Origin: a virus | Lineage: Duplodnaviria > Heunggongvirae > Uroviricota > Caudoviricetes | Virus record (IMG/VR): IMGVR_UViG_3300021255_000139 | Reading direction: 5' to 3' (one strand) | Length of the DNA: 49,362 bases | In this document: positions 25,939-35,041 of the stretch, piece after piece | How the letters are laid out: each line of letters begins with the position of its first letter | Position numbering within the stretch: the first letter of the stretch is position 1 | Program-made: the position numbers and the translations under genes | Notes under the pieces: model-generated | Told to the model about the DNA's origin: nothing | Seen by the model: the letters and a program-made list of their open reading frames with translations, nothing else | The model's database searches: none

Positions 25939-26183
25939 ATTACCAGAAATTAGATAATGTTCAACTCTTAAAAGAATACACTAAACTTATTGCAGAGGTT
26001 AATAAGAATGGAAGTAAGTTCACAGATGCTTTTACACAGTGTGCAACTGAAATGATGCGGAGATTGAACAAAGTTCCAACAGCCGAAACAAAAGAAGTTT
26101 TGATCAATGCACTGATTAAGGAATGCGGAACACGGCATAACAAGCCAGCCAAAATAAGAAACATCATCAATAAATTTCTTTAA
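25935..26183 (+). CDS. Hypothetical protein
   Basis: 82-aa ORF, ATGA overlap. Confidence 0.7.
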   Translation: MNYQKLDNVQLLKEYTKLIAEVNKNGSKFTDAFTQCATEMMRRLNKVPTAETKEVLINALIKECGTRHNKPAKIRNIINKFL

Positions 26184-26212
26184 ATAAATGCTACTTTTTT
26201 CTTCAAAAAGGC

Positions 26213-26268
26213 TTGACGAATATATAAAGTTGTGTTAGAATAAAGACAGTTAAAGAGAGACACAACTT
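26213..26268 (+). promoter_or_regulatory. Recombinase promoter with inverted + direct ACACAACTT copies
   Basis: TTGACG 26213-26218; AAGTTGTGT 26227-26235; box 26260-26268. Confidence 0.75.
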
Positions 26269-26293
26269 ATCAAGTTTTAAGGAGGATAAAGAG

Positions 26294-27004
26294 ATGATGA
26301 ACAACGCATATGTAAATGGAACTTCCGCACTGAAAGAAGATTCTGAGGTTATTGAGTTTCGTGTAGTCGAGCAGAAGAAGCAGCCAAAAAATAGTAACTA
26401 TGTAGTAAACTATAAAGTCGGAGAAAAGCAGGAGGTTTATCCTTTCCGCTCAACAGATGATCTTCAGAAGATGAATGCCTACTTTGAAGAAAAAGGTCAG
26501 GAGCGCAACAGAATGATGTTTATCGTTGGGATCAATGTTGGACTTAGAGCCGGGGATTTGCTTACTCTTACATGGGATAAGATCATGGAAGATGGAAAAG
26601 TAGTTGACGGTGTTACGGTCAAGGAAGAGAAAACCGGGAAATTCCGCACATTTTATTTCAACGATTCTTGCAAAACTGTTTTGACAGCATACTTTGAAAA
26701 GCACAATCCGGCACTTGAATCTTATGTATTCGCAAGCCGTAAAGGTGATTATGTGAATGTAAAATCTGCTGGAAAGATTTTAAAGACAGCAGCAAAGGCA
26801 GTCGGAATTAAGTACAATGTCGGAACTCACAGCATGAGAAAGACGTTCGGATATCATCAGCTTAAAGCGCATAACAACGATGCAATGTTTGTCTGCCAGC
26901 TTCAGGAAATGTTCGGACATTCTTCTCCGCAGATTACTCTTAGATATTGTGGACTTGAAACCGAGAAACTTCAGCAGTATTACAATGACATTAATCTTCT
27001 TTGA
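26294..27004 (+). CDS. Tyrosine recombinase/integrase (catalytic domain intact)
   Basis: NVGLRAGDLL (R), EEKTGK (K), HSMRKTF (H-x-x-R), FGHSSPQITLRY (H, Y). Confidence 0.92.
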   Translation: MMNNAYVNGTSALKEDSEVIEFRVVEQKKQPKNSNYVVNYKVGEKQEVYPFRSTDDLQKMNAYFEEKGQERNRMMFIVGINVGLRAGDLLTLTWDKIMEDGKVVDGVTVKEEKTGKFRTFYFNDSCKTVLTAYFEKHNPALESYVFASRKGDYVNVKSAGKILKTAAKAVGIKYNVGTHSMRKTFGYHQLKAHNNDAMFVCQLQEMFGHSSPQITLRYCGLETEKLQQYYNDINLL

Positions 27005-27035
27005 TTGGTAGTCTAAATAATGAATAAATAAATCC

Positions 27036-27419
27036 ATGAGAAATCCTAAAGTAGAAAACAAATACAATTTAAAATTTTCAGATATCAAAAACATTCAGAT
27101 AGTGGATCGTAGTAGAATCTGCGAACCGCTATTCTGGAGAAACGATGTAGTCGGAGCATGGTGTATTAGCCGGGAAATTGGATCAAAAGATGATATCAGG
27201 TTTGGAACGTCAGATAGCGCATGGATTGGCATATACGATAAACCGTATTACGGAAAGTATATCAGATGTGAATGTACTTCATATGGTGGTATGTGTGGCT
27301 ATAAATTTGAAAAGTTTTACAACGAGAGAGATGTTCAGAATGATCTTGATTTACAGACACAAGAGTTTATTTTGGAAAAGCTGAATATGCTGATTGATGA
27401 AGGTATTCTTGCATTATGA
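27036..27419 (+). CDS. Hypothetical protein
   Basis: 127-aa ORF. Confidence 0.7.
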   Translation: MRNPKVENKYNLKFSDIKNIQIVDRSRICEPLFWRNDVVGAWCISREIGSKDDIRFGTSDSAWIGIYDKPYYGKYIRCECTSYGGMCGYKFEKFYNERDVQNDLDLQTQEFILEKLNMLIDEGILAL

Positions 27420-27793
27420 TGACGCATAGGAAAAATTATTTAATGAAATATTTTCATAGCAAGCCGGATAAACCACCAAAATTTAATTATAAATGTTCAT
27501 GGTGTGGAGAAACTGTAAAAGGTGGTGTCGATCGTTGTCCTCATTGTAAGTTCCCGTATATTACAAAGACTCATGTCAGCAACATCAAATTGGAAATGGC
27601 AACGAAACTTGATAGTGGATTCAGTAATGAAGAAATTTTATCACAGATTTTGCGTAATCAAATAAATATTATGCAATATATCGGGCAGCAATATGATGAC
27701 GAATGGGTTGTTAAAAGATTGCTTGATGATGATATTACAAGAACTGAATATATGAGAACGTATCTCAATGAAAGAGATTACGGAAGGGTATAA
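27416..27793 (+). CDS. Zinc-finger hypothetical protein
   Basis: CSWC...CPHC. Confidence 0.7.
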   Translation: MMTHRKNYLMKYFHSKPDKPPKFNYKCSWCGETVKGGVDRCPHCKFPYITKTHVSNIKLEMATKLDSGFSNEEILSQILRNQINIMQYIGQQYDDEWVVKRLLDDDITRTEYMRTYLNERDYGRV

Positions 27794-27851
27794 TACTTTA
27801 ATATAATAAAGTATATATAAATAATATTCTAATCAAAAGGAGAAAACAAAA

Positions 27852-28964
27852 ATGAATGATGTGAAACTTAGTATCTTGCCGCCGTGGTCAATTTATATCA
27901 ACAAACTTCTGGCTTTATTTGATGGTGATCCGCAGATTGCATTTAATGTTGATTGGAGTGGTACTAATCCTTCAGTAGTTCTTGCGACAAATAACCCGGA
28001 CAAGGCTGCTGCACTCACAAAGTTACTGCCAACAGAAAAAGCATTTGGCAATGTAACTATGAGTATTGCCATTGATTGTCCGACAGTTAGCAATCTTGCA
28101 TTTCCGACTACAAAGGAACTGTTTGAGACAGCATTCAGCAAGAATCCGGCGTTTGCTTATGCGGTAAGTACAGAAGGATATATGTATGTTCCATTTACTT
28201 ATATCGTATTTGCACACAGTGTCGTACAGTTCTTTGCTGACAATCTGAATGATCCTCATGGTGTAAAGACAACTCTTTATCAGGACATTGCCGCAGAAGT
28301 ATTTGAGGATATGGGATTCAACAATGGTGTTGCTTATTGTACCGCACTTGAAGGTGAAGTAAACACAAACGAGACAAAACTCAACGCATCCGTTTCTGGT
28401 GGTTGGGATGTGGATATCATGATGGGTAAGATGCCGCAGAAAATCGCAACCGCATTTGGGAAACTTGCTGATATGGTCGGAGCAAACTATACACCTATCG
28501 CATATCTTGGATCACAGACAGTAAACGGAATTAACCATGCCGTACTTGCGGAGCAGACAGTTCTTACCGGGAAGGACACAAAGAATATTGTTCTGATTAT
28601 CTTCAACGAAAAGCCGGGAGATATGAATGATCCGACAGTTGTCAATATCGAACGTATTATTGAAAGTACAGATGGATTCGGTGGAACAGCTATTGATGTG
28701 AAGAGTGATATTCCAGATGAAGCTATTGATGTATTCAATGCTGCATTGGAAGTACATATAGGTGCAAGATTTGAGCCAAAAGCACTTCTCGCAACTCATG
28801 TCACAGGCAGAGGTGTAGAATATGCTTTCTTAACTGAAATGACACCTATTACCATTGATGCCGAAAAGACAGTGTATATTATTGTGGTAGATAGTCTCAC
28901 AAAGTCAGTTAGCTGCACAGACATTCTTTCTGATCCTAAACTTGGATATGCTTTCAACTGGTAA
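27852..28964 (+). CDS. Two-domain hypothetical protein; C-terminal cystatin-like repeats possible
   Basis: AAGGAG RBS; YTPIAYLGSQTVNGINH (QxVxG). Confidence 0.75.
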   Translation: MNDVKLSILPPWSIYINKLLALFDGDPQIAFNVDWSGTNPSVVLATNNPDKAAALTKLLPTEKAFGNVTMSIAIDCPTVSNLAFPTTKELFETAFSKNPAFAYAVSTEGYMYVPFTYIVFAHSVVQFFADNLNDPHGVKTTLYQDIAAEVFEDMGFNNGVAYCTALEGEVNTNETKLNASVSGGWDVDIMMGKMPQKIATAFGKLADMVGANYTPIAYLGSQTVNGINHAVLAEQTVLTGKDTKNIVLIIFNEKPGDMNDPTVVNIERIIESTDGFGGTAIDVKSDIPDEAIDVFNAALEVHIGARFEPKALLATHVTGRGVEYAFLTEMTPITIDAEKTVYIIVVDSLTKSVSCTDILSDPKLGYAFNW

Positions 28965-28979
28965 ACAATTATTGTATTG

Positions 28980-29012
28980 GTGTTGTGGTGGAGAAATCTG
29001 CCACAACATTTT
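28980..29012 (+). terminator. Intrinsic terminator
   Basis: TGTTGTGGTGGA-GAAA-TCTGCCACAACA + TTTT. Confidence 0.8.
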
Positions 29013-29029
29013 TAAGAGGGATAATAGTT

Positions 29030-29176
29030 ATGAGTGCTTATAGTGACTGGAAATGTGGAGCAATTTCTTACGAAGAATATAAGTCAGCAGCTCAGTTTGA
29101 AGAGCGTAGAGACAATTACTATGATAGTGACTGTTTTGACGAAGATGAAGATTTTGATGATGAAGAGTTCGAGTAA
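29030..29176 (+). CDS. Small acidic peptide
   Basis: ATG 29030 after GAGGG; MSAYSDWKCGAISYEEY. Confidence 0.6.
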   Translation: MSAYSDWKCGAISYEEYKSAAQFEERRDNYYDSDCFDEDEDFDDEEFE

Positions 29177-29430
29177 TGAGTACAAAGGTTAAACATAAAA
29201 GACAATGGATTAAGTGTAAATGCTGCGGAAAGCCTATCTATGAATTATATCCGCTTCATATAGCAAATGGAAAATACTTTTGTTCCGCAAGGTGTGTCAT
29301 GCAGTATCACACAGTCGATGATTACGAAGAGACAATGTTTATTCCAGAGAAAATAAAAGAAGAGGATCGTGGACTGATTGAGTCAGACGAAGTAACTCTT
29401 GATATGGGGTGGTTGCTTGACAATGAATAA
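29176..29430 (+). CDS. Zinc-finger (TRASH-like) protein
   Basis: CKCCG...YFCSARC. Confidence 0.7.
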   Translation: MSTKVKHKRQWIKCKCCGKPIYELYPLHIANGKYFCSARCVMQYHTVDDYEETMFIPEKIKEEDRGLIESDEVTLDMGWLLDNE

Positions 29431-29605
29431 GAAAGAATATTCAAATGTTGTTGAGGTTGTTAGCAATTATGCAACTGATGCTTTGCAAAAAACATTGACA
29501 GAATATGGGAACTACGGATATAAACTTGTTTCTGCTACTCTCGCAAAGAATAAATATAATGTCGATGTTATGTACTTGTTCTTTACAAAGGAGAAATCAA
29601 CATGA
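29423..29605 (+). CDS. Small hypothetical protein (DUF4177-like)
   Basis: LTEYGNYGYKLVS; start ATG 29423. Confidence 0.55.
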   Translation: MNKKEYSNVVEVVSNYATDALQKTLTEYGNYGYKLVSATLAKNKYNVDVMYLFFTKEKST

Positions 29606-29823
29606 TTGATATTGTCGATGTTCGCACCGCAATTAAAAACGGAGAGTTGCGGACATACATAAAAGAAAGAAATATATTTGTTGAAGGACTGAATTGTTAC
29701 AAAACGCAAGCAGATATTTACTTACAAGATTGTCAAAATGGAGAAACAGTTTTAATAGGAACGGTGGAACATTTAGATGTTGAACGGATTATATCAATGC
29801 ACGAGAAACTGGCAAGGAAATAA
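29602..29823 (+). CDS. Hypothetical protein
   Basis: 73-aa ORF, AAGGAG RBS. Confidence 0.65.
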   Translation: MIDIVDVRTAIKNGELRTYIKERNIFVEGLNCYKTQADIYLQDCQNGETVLIGTVEHLDVERIISMHEKLARK

Positions 29824-30055
29824 TGAGTATGATATCAAGGTCAGAGTAAAAGAGACTGAAAAATCGTACTCTATGCAGCTTGTCGAAAATAATAGTAGAT
29901 ATTCGCCCGGTCATATAGATATGCTATTCAGTAAGAAAGATAAAATCATGATCAAAAAGGAAAAGTCACAACACAGCATGAATGTTTGGAGCGATGACGA
30001 TTTCACAATTTATCCATTTCGTGCCGGGATTCCATTTTACTTTGAAAAATTATAA
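29777..30055 (+). CDS. Hypothetical protein
   Basis: 92-aa ORF; start uncertain. Confidence 0.6.
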   Translation: MLNGLYQCTRNWQGNNEYDIKVRVKETEKSYSMQLVENNSRYSPGHIDMLFSKKDKIMIKKEKSQHSMNVWSDDDFTIYPFRAGIPFYFEKL

Positions 30056-30073
30056 CAAATGAATAAATACTAT

Positions 30074-30102
30074 TTGACAACCAAAAGAAAATGAGGTATA
30101 CT
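30074..30102 (+). promoter_or_regulatory. sigmaA-type promoter
   Basis: TTGACA-17-TATACT. Confidence 0.7.
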
Positions 30103-31026
30103 ATGGTAGAACAAACAAAGACAAAGATTGTTATAAGGTTAATTCTTTTTTGGATGATTCTTATTTGTGCAGTAATCTTCCTTGTGGTAAACCTAAGTGC
30201 TTGTGAACCACAGTCGGAGGAAACAGCGGTAACTTCAAACGAAATCATTGTCGAAGCAACCGAAGTCATTGAAGCCGAAAGTGTGAAAGAACCAGAAACG
30301 GAGCAAGAAACGAAGTCGGCAGAAGAAACAACAGAAGGTTGGGGCAATAGCGTTACATACGTTGATGAAGAACCGACAAAATCCGACTATATCCCGTATC
30401 AGGATAGATTTGATCGAGATTGGGATGTTTACGATGAAGATGCAATGATGAAACTCGCACAATATAAGGGCGGTTCAATCGAAGATAAAGCCTATAATAT
30501 ACTTGTTGTTCTCAATCGTTCTAAAGAGTGGGGCGAAACAGTTGTAGATATTGTATTCGATGAACTTTATAATGTTGAAGGTGTTAGCGAGGGCAGTTTC
30601 CCGGACATTGTGCCAGATAATGATTGTAAAGTTGCTATGTACAATATAGTTCGAGAAAAGTTTGATAACAGCGAAGGATCAACTGAATTTCGCAACCAAA
30701 AGAAAGAAGAAGTCGAGTCTGAAGAAACTGAAGAAACTGAAGAAACAGAAAGCCGGACATACATTGGAACTTATAAAGTAACGGCATATGCGGAGACTGG
30801 AAACCCGTGTGCGAACGGCAATTATCCGACAACGGATTACACCATAGCTTGTAACTCTTTACCTTTTGGCAGTAAGGTTTACATTGATGGTGTAGGATAC
30901 CGAACAGTAGAAGATCGAGGTGCTTCATGGCACGAGGATGAATGGATTGATCTTTATTTGGGAGATGTCAATAGCTGCATTCAGTGGGGAGTGCAGTACA
31001 AAGACATATTTTTAGTGGAGGAATAA
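30091..31026 (+). CDS. Membrane-anchored/lipoprotein with degenerate SleB-like region and C-terminal 3D domain
   Basis: TM + LSAC; LVVLNRS; YKVTAY...TIACNSLPFGSKVYIDGVGYRTVEDRG...IDLY; true start probably downstream of the promoter. Confidence 0.8.
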   Translation: MRYTMVEQTKTKIVIRLILFWMILICAVIFLVVNLSACEPQSEETAVTSNEIIVEATEVIEAESVKEPETEQETKSAEETTEGWGNSVTYVDEEPTKSDYIPYQDRFDRDWDVYDEDAMMKLAQYKGGSIEDKAYNILVVLNRSKEWGETVVDIVFDELYNVEGVSEGSFPDIVPDNDCKVAMYNIVREKFDNSEGSTEFRNQKKEEVESEETEETEETESRTYIGTYKVTAYAETGNPCANGNYPTTDYTIACNSLPFGSKVYIDGVGYRTVEDRGASWHEDEWIDLYLGDVNSCIQWGVQYKDIFLVEE

Positions 31027-31376
31027 TGAGATTACCAAATGAACTTGAATTGACTATCACGCCGAGAAATTACGGGAAGTCGGTTCTACTAATTAAGGAA
31101 AGTGCGAAAACGGGTTATCGGATTATCACACAGTCGAATGAGAAGAAAAATTTCATTAAACAGAAAGCGCATGATATGGGATATGAAATTCCTGAACCAT
31201 ATTCAGTAAATGAAATTGTTGGTCGGAGAATTGTACTTAAAGAAAGAAATGTGCTTGTTGATGATGTTGAAGGTATTTTGAGTAAAGCACTCGATAACTA
31301 CTTAGGATGTCACGTTGTCCATGCAACGATGTCGGAGCAGGAGGAAGATCGTTTTGAAGAAGTTGGTTTGCGGTAG
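31026..31376 (+). CDS. Hypothetical protein (P-loop-like PRNYGKS)
   Basis: ATG 31026 after GGAGG. Confidence 0.65.
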   Translation: MRLPNELELTITPRNYGKSVLLIKESAKTGYRIITQSNEKKNFIKQKAHDMGYEIPEPYSVNEIVGRRIVLKERNVLVDDVEGILSKALDNYLGCHVVHATMSEQEEDRFEEVGLR

Positions 31377-31839
31377 TTTCGGCACAATATACTACGCACA
31401 GTTACTAAAAGATGGCAGAATGTCCAGCACGAACAGAGAAGAAGTGACAGACGATGCAATCACAGCAGTAATTGACCATATCATGTGTATGCCGGAATAC
31501 AAGAAGAACAACGGATTTTCCGGGTACGATTATAAGAAGAAAAACGGTGGCGAAATTGAGATTTGTGTACTTGATAAAGATACTCACAAAGTTGTACACA
31601 AGAATCAGTGGAATGAATTTGATCCAGAGAAGCTGCCGACAAGGAGAAAATGGATTGGAGATACAGAGTTCTCGAAACCGCTAATTCTCCGACTTGATAT
31701 GGGAACAGAGGTTATCGGATATTGTAATGTAACTGCTAAGATATGGTTTAATTCATTCACAGAAGAGCCGATTGATGAAGCTGATATCGTAGCATGGAGA
31801 TATTATGATACATACGATGATAGCACTTCTGAAAATTAA
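31315..31839 (+). CDS. Hypothetical protein
   Basis: LVCGSFGTIYYA motif; start uncertain. Confidence 0.65.
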   Translation: MSMQRCRSRRKIVLKKLVCGSFGTIYYAQLLKDGRMSSTNREEVTDDAITAVIDHIMCMPEYKKNNGFSGYDYKKKNGGEIEICVLDKDTHKVVHKNQWNEFDPEKLPTRRKWIGDTEFSKPLILRLDMGTEVIGYCNVTAKIWFNSFTEEPIDEADIVAWRYYDTYDDSTSEN

Positions 31840-31884
31840 AAACGGATTTGCCGGGGATAAATTTTAAGTAGGAGAAAACCGACT

Positions 31885-32553
31885 ATGAGTTGTTACAGAG
31901 ACAACGGTGAGGGAAATCATCTTTGTGCCGGGATCAAAGACAAATTAGAATGTTTCAAGTGCGATTTGTACGAAGATTATGATTTGATTCAAAATCCGCA
32001 CAGTTTATTGTTTTCATTTAAGAATAAACAAATAAATACAGAATGCACAGGGCAGTTGTTCCAAAATGGTAAAGGAAAGATTGTTGTTGGGTATCAGGGG
32101 ATTGGGAAGTCAACTCTCGCACGATCTGGCAAGGGAAGATACATTGATTTAGAATCAAGTAGCTTTTCTGTTAGAGATGGAATGACAGACAACTATGTGA
32201 AAATCAACGGATGGGAAAAGATTTACTGTAAGATTGCGGAACATTTAGCCGAACAAGGCTATACGGTTTTTGTTTCTTCTCATGCGGAAGTCAGGAAGAT
32301 TCTGAAAGAGAGTAAATGCAAGGTTGTAGCGGTTGTGCCGCACCCGGACTTAGGCGAACTTTGGATTGAGAAGCTGAAGAAGCGGTACTTTGATACAGAA
32401 TTAGAGAAGGATCGCAGAGCATGGTTAAATGCGAAAGATAGGTATAGAGAAAATATTATGGAAATTATGCATGATTTCTATAATGAAGGAGATACGGTAC
32501 AGAGAGTATTTGTAATTGATAACATGAATTACAGACTTGAAGATTATATTTAA
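31885..32553 (+). CDS. P-loop nucleotide kinase-like protein
   Basis: IVVGYQGIGKSTL, YIDLESSSF. Confidence 0.75.
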   Translation: MSCYRDNGEGNHLCAGIKDKLECFKCDLYEDYDLIQNPHSLLFSFKNKQINTECTGQLFQNGKGKIVVGYQGIGKSTLARSGKGRYIDLESSSFSVRDGMTDNYVKINGWEKIYCKIAEHLAEQGYTVFVSSHAEVRKILKESKCKVVAVVPHPDLGELWIEKLKKRYFDTELEKDRRAWLNAKDRYRENIMEIMHDFYNEGDTVQRVFVIDNMNYRLEDYI

Positions 32554-32555
32554 CA

Positions 32556-33164
32556 TTGTTAACGGCGCATCGGAAGGAGATAATTTTGAGGGTATTTGAT
32601 TTACAATTTGGAGATATTATTAAAACAAGTCTTGGTAATATGGTATATGCATATAATATATCATCAATGAATAATGCTATGTTTATTTCTACAGATTCTA
32701 TTGGTGACTTGAGACAATTAGATGATGGGCGAATTTTCAAATATAAAGATTCGAGTTTGGACAAGTATCTAAATAAAACAATTTTAAACATTTTATCGGA
32801 AGAATTTGGGAAAAATAATATCTTATATCATAATTTCCCTGTTGATTATTGGGATATTAAAGAAGATGGTTTAGGTTTGGAAAGATATCATGATAAATAT
32901 GCCGTATTTAAAATACGTGCTATTTCTTATGGAGAATATATAGAATATTATAGGTATTTAAAACATCCATTTAATTATGCATCTTGGACGTGTGACAACG
33001 GCGCATCGTTAAATAAGAAAAACGGTCGGTTTGAAAAGGATTTTAAGAAAGCAATCGTTATAAGCACGCAAGGAGAAAGAGTAAACAGATTTGTAACAGA
33101 TCATTTAAAAACTATTATATGCTTTAGTTTATCTGGAAATACAATAGTAAATAAATTGGACTAA
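32556..33164 (+). CDS. Hypothetical protein
   Basis: 202-aa ORF; start uncertain. Confidence 0.6.
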   Translation: MLTAHRKEIILRVFDLQFGDIIKTSLGNMVYAYNISSMNNAMFISTDSIGDLRQLDDGRIFKYKDSSLDKYLNKTILNILSEEFGKNNILYHNFPVDYWDIKEDGLGLERYHDKYAVFKIRAISYGEYIEYYRYLKHPFNYASWTCDNGASLNKKNGRFEKDFKKAIVISTQGERVNRFVTDHLKTIICFSLSGNTIVNKLD

Positions 33165-33200
33165 TATTTTTAAAAATGAATTATATGAAGGTGATAACTC

Positions 33201-33431
33201 GTGAACGAATATGCAGTTGTTAATATGGACGTTCCAACATCTTGTTCAAAATGCAGACTATTATGTACTGACGAAGATGTGACAGAATATTTTTGTACTG
33301 GCAATTCGTACTTGAAATGGTACGATGTTACAGATGTTCCAGATTATTACAGAATGAACGGTTGTCCGATTGTTGGTAAGTTGGAGAAGCTGAAAAGTGG
33401 AGAAGTCCGGGCAACTATGTTTGATGATTAG
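33201..33431 (+). CDS. Small Cys-containing hypothetical protein
   Basis: GTG start, DVPTSCSKCRL...GCPI. Confidence 0.65.
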   Translation: MNEYAVVNMDVPTSCSKCRLLCTDEDVTEYFCTGNSYLKWYDVTDVPDYYRMNGCPIVGKLEKLKSGEVRATMFDD

Positions 33432-33439
33432 GTGAAAAT

Positions 33440-33559
33440 ATGAACATAATATTTGGTCTTGCATCTGGTAGTCTATTGTATTATGGATTCAGTGATAAAA
33501 ACCCGGTCACTATTATATTAGGTATTGCATTATTCGTATGTGCCATGCTTATAAGTTAA
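33440..33559 (+). CDS. Small membrane peptide (39 aa, not in ORF track)
   Basis: AGGTG RBS, hydrophobic sequence. Confidence 0.5.
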   Translation: MNIIFGLASGSLLYYGFSDKNPVTIILGIALFVCAMLIS

Positions 33560-33577
33560 AAACCGAAAGGGTTAAAT

Positions 33578-33847
33578 ATGAGCAATATTTTGAAATACGC
33601 ACCAGAATTGTATGTTGACAGCGGATTTTATGGTGTTGACATGGAAGATAGTTTCATTCAGGAATCAGAGAAATTAGTCAAATGCAGAAAAGATCATACG
33701 TGTATAAACTGTCAATCTGATATTCGTAAAGGAGATTATGCACTAAGAGAGGTCGCATTATTTCCCGGAGAAGGAAGGAAATCTGCATATACGTGTACAA
33801 AATGTATCGAAGAGTGGCTTGAGGAATCACATCAAGTTGGAGAATAA
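33578..33847 (+). CDS. Zinc-finger hypothetical protein
   Basis: KCRKDHTCINC...YTCTKC. Confidence 0.7.
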   Translation: MSNILKYAPELYVDSGFYGVDMEDSFIQESEKLVKCRKDHTCINCQSDIRKGDYALREVALFPGEGRKSAYTCTKCIEEWLEESHQVGE

Positions 33848-33922
33848 ATAATGTTTGGCGGTCTATTTTACGGATGGGGAGAATATCTTCATCAATCTTT
33901 AGAATGGTGGGAGGATCAATTT

Positions 33923-34375
33923 GTGAAAAATAAGATTGAACTTGTAAGAGAAGAAATGATTGTTGCTATGAAGCAGCATAATACAATGAGAAAGAATACA
34001 CTATCAATGCTTTTGCAGTCATTACAGAAAGCAGAGAAAGATAAAATTGGTATTTCATTGACCGATGCAGAAGCCGATGCGGTCGTGATGAAAGAGATTA
34101 AACAGACACAGGAAACGCTTGATACTTGTCCGGCTGATCGAACAGATATTATCGAAGAATGCAAGCAGAGAATCGCAATTCTGCAGGAGTTTGCACCGAA
34201 GCAGCTTAACAAAGAAGAAATCGAAGCAGTGATTCGAGAAGTATTCACAGAGATTGGTATTGAATCTCCGACAAAAAAAGAAAAAGGCAAGATCATGAAA
34301 GTTCTTATGCCGAAAGTAAAAGGTAAAGCAGATGGGAAACTGGTTAATCAGATTTTGGACAGCTTATTGTCATGA
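33923..34375 (+). CDS. GatB/YqeY domain protein
   Basis: MIVAMK...LSML...KEIKQ.QE...ILQEFAPKQL..EEI...GKIMK..MPKVKGKADGK.VNQI; GTG start after GGAGG. Confidence 0.88.
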   Translation: MKNKIELVREEMIVAMKQHNTMRKNTLSMLLQSLQKAEKDKIGISLTDAEADAVVMKEIKQTQETLDTCPADRTDIIEECKQRIAILQEFAPKQLNKEEIEAVIREVFTEIGIESPTKKEKGKIMKVLMPKVKGKADGKLVNQILDSLLS

Positions 34376-34569
34376 CCAACAAAGAAGAAATTATCAAAGC
34401 CATTGGACAAGAAGCATATGATATAGCACAAAAAGCAATAAACTTAAATATGTTATGTCCGTATGACGAAGCATTTACGGTGAAAGAAATGCTTGAAGAA
34501 ACCGGGAGATGCAAACATTGTTTTGTGCCACAGTGTCCATTGAATTGTTTAACATTTGATAGATTATAG
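34372..34569 (+). CDS. Small hypothetical protein
   Basis: 65-aa ORF, ATGA overlap. Confidence 0.6.
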   Translation: MTNKEEIIKAIGQEAYDIAQKAINLNMLCPYDEAFTVKEMLEETGRCKHCFVPQCPLNCLTFDRL

Positions 34570-34586
34570 GAGAGGTCGTGATGTAG

Positions 34587-34850
34587 TTGAGTGTTATCAC
34601 ATTGAAGATAAATAATTGTATGGATTGTCCACATAGTTTAGTATCTGATATATTCACAGCGGATTCATGGGAACATGAAGTGGGATGTTTCTGCAAGAAA
34701 ACTGTTGACGAAAAATATAAAAAGGAATGGACAAATACAACTCGTTCTGGAGTATTACCGTATAGGTGTGTTGGGTCTGATGATTGGCATTTAAAAGAGT
34801 ATACAGACGTTCCAGACTGGTGTCCGTTTAAGCAAGAGGTTGATGAATGA
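34587..34850 (+). CDS. Cys-containing hypothetical protein
   Basis: CMDCPH...PDWCPF. Confidence 0.7.
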   Translation: MSVITLKINNCMDCPHSLVSDIFTADSWEHEVGCFCKKTVDEKYKKEWTNTTRSGVLPYRCVGSDDWHLKEYTDVPDWCPFKQEVDE

Positions 34851-35041
34851 AAGATAAATTTAGCTGTGATAATAACTATAACTGTATTATTCCACCCGGA
34901 TTAAGCAATCGTGAAATTGAAGAGAGACAACTTCCGCATTGTTGTTTGGAATGTGAGCATTACACGATGGAAACTAAGAATGGCGAAGTAATAAAGTATT
35001 GTAATTGGGAGGGAAGGAATGACAGACAAAGAGAAAATTGA
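34847..35041 (+). CDS. Small Cys-containing hypothetical protein
   Basis: 64-aa ORF. Confidence 0.6.
   Translation: MKDKFSCDNNYNCIIPPGLSNREIEERQLPHCCLECEHYTMETKNGEVIKYCNWEGRNDRQREN

Noticed and set aside
23726-27004. tmRNA as an attB/attL junction of an integrated element
   Set aside because: Phage-type genes lie on both sides, and no duplicated tmRNA 3' fragment is seen in the window.
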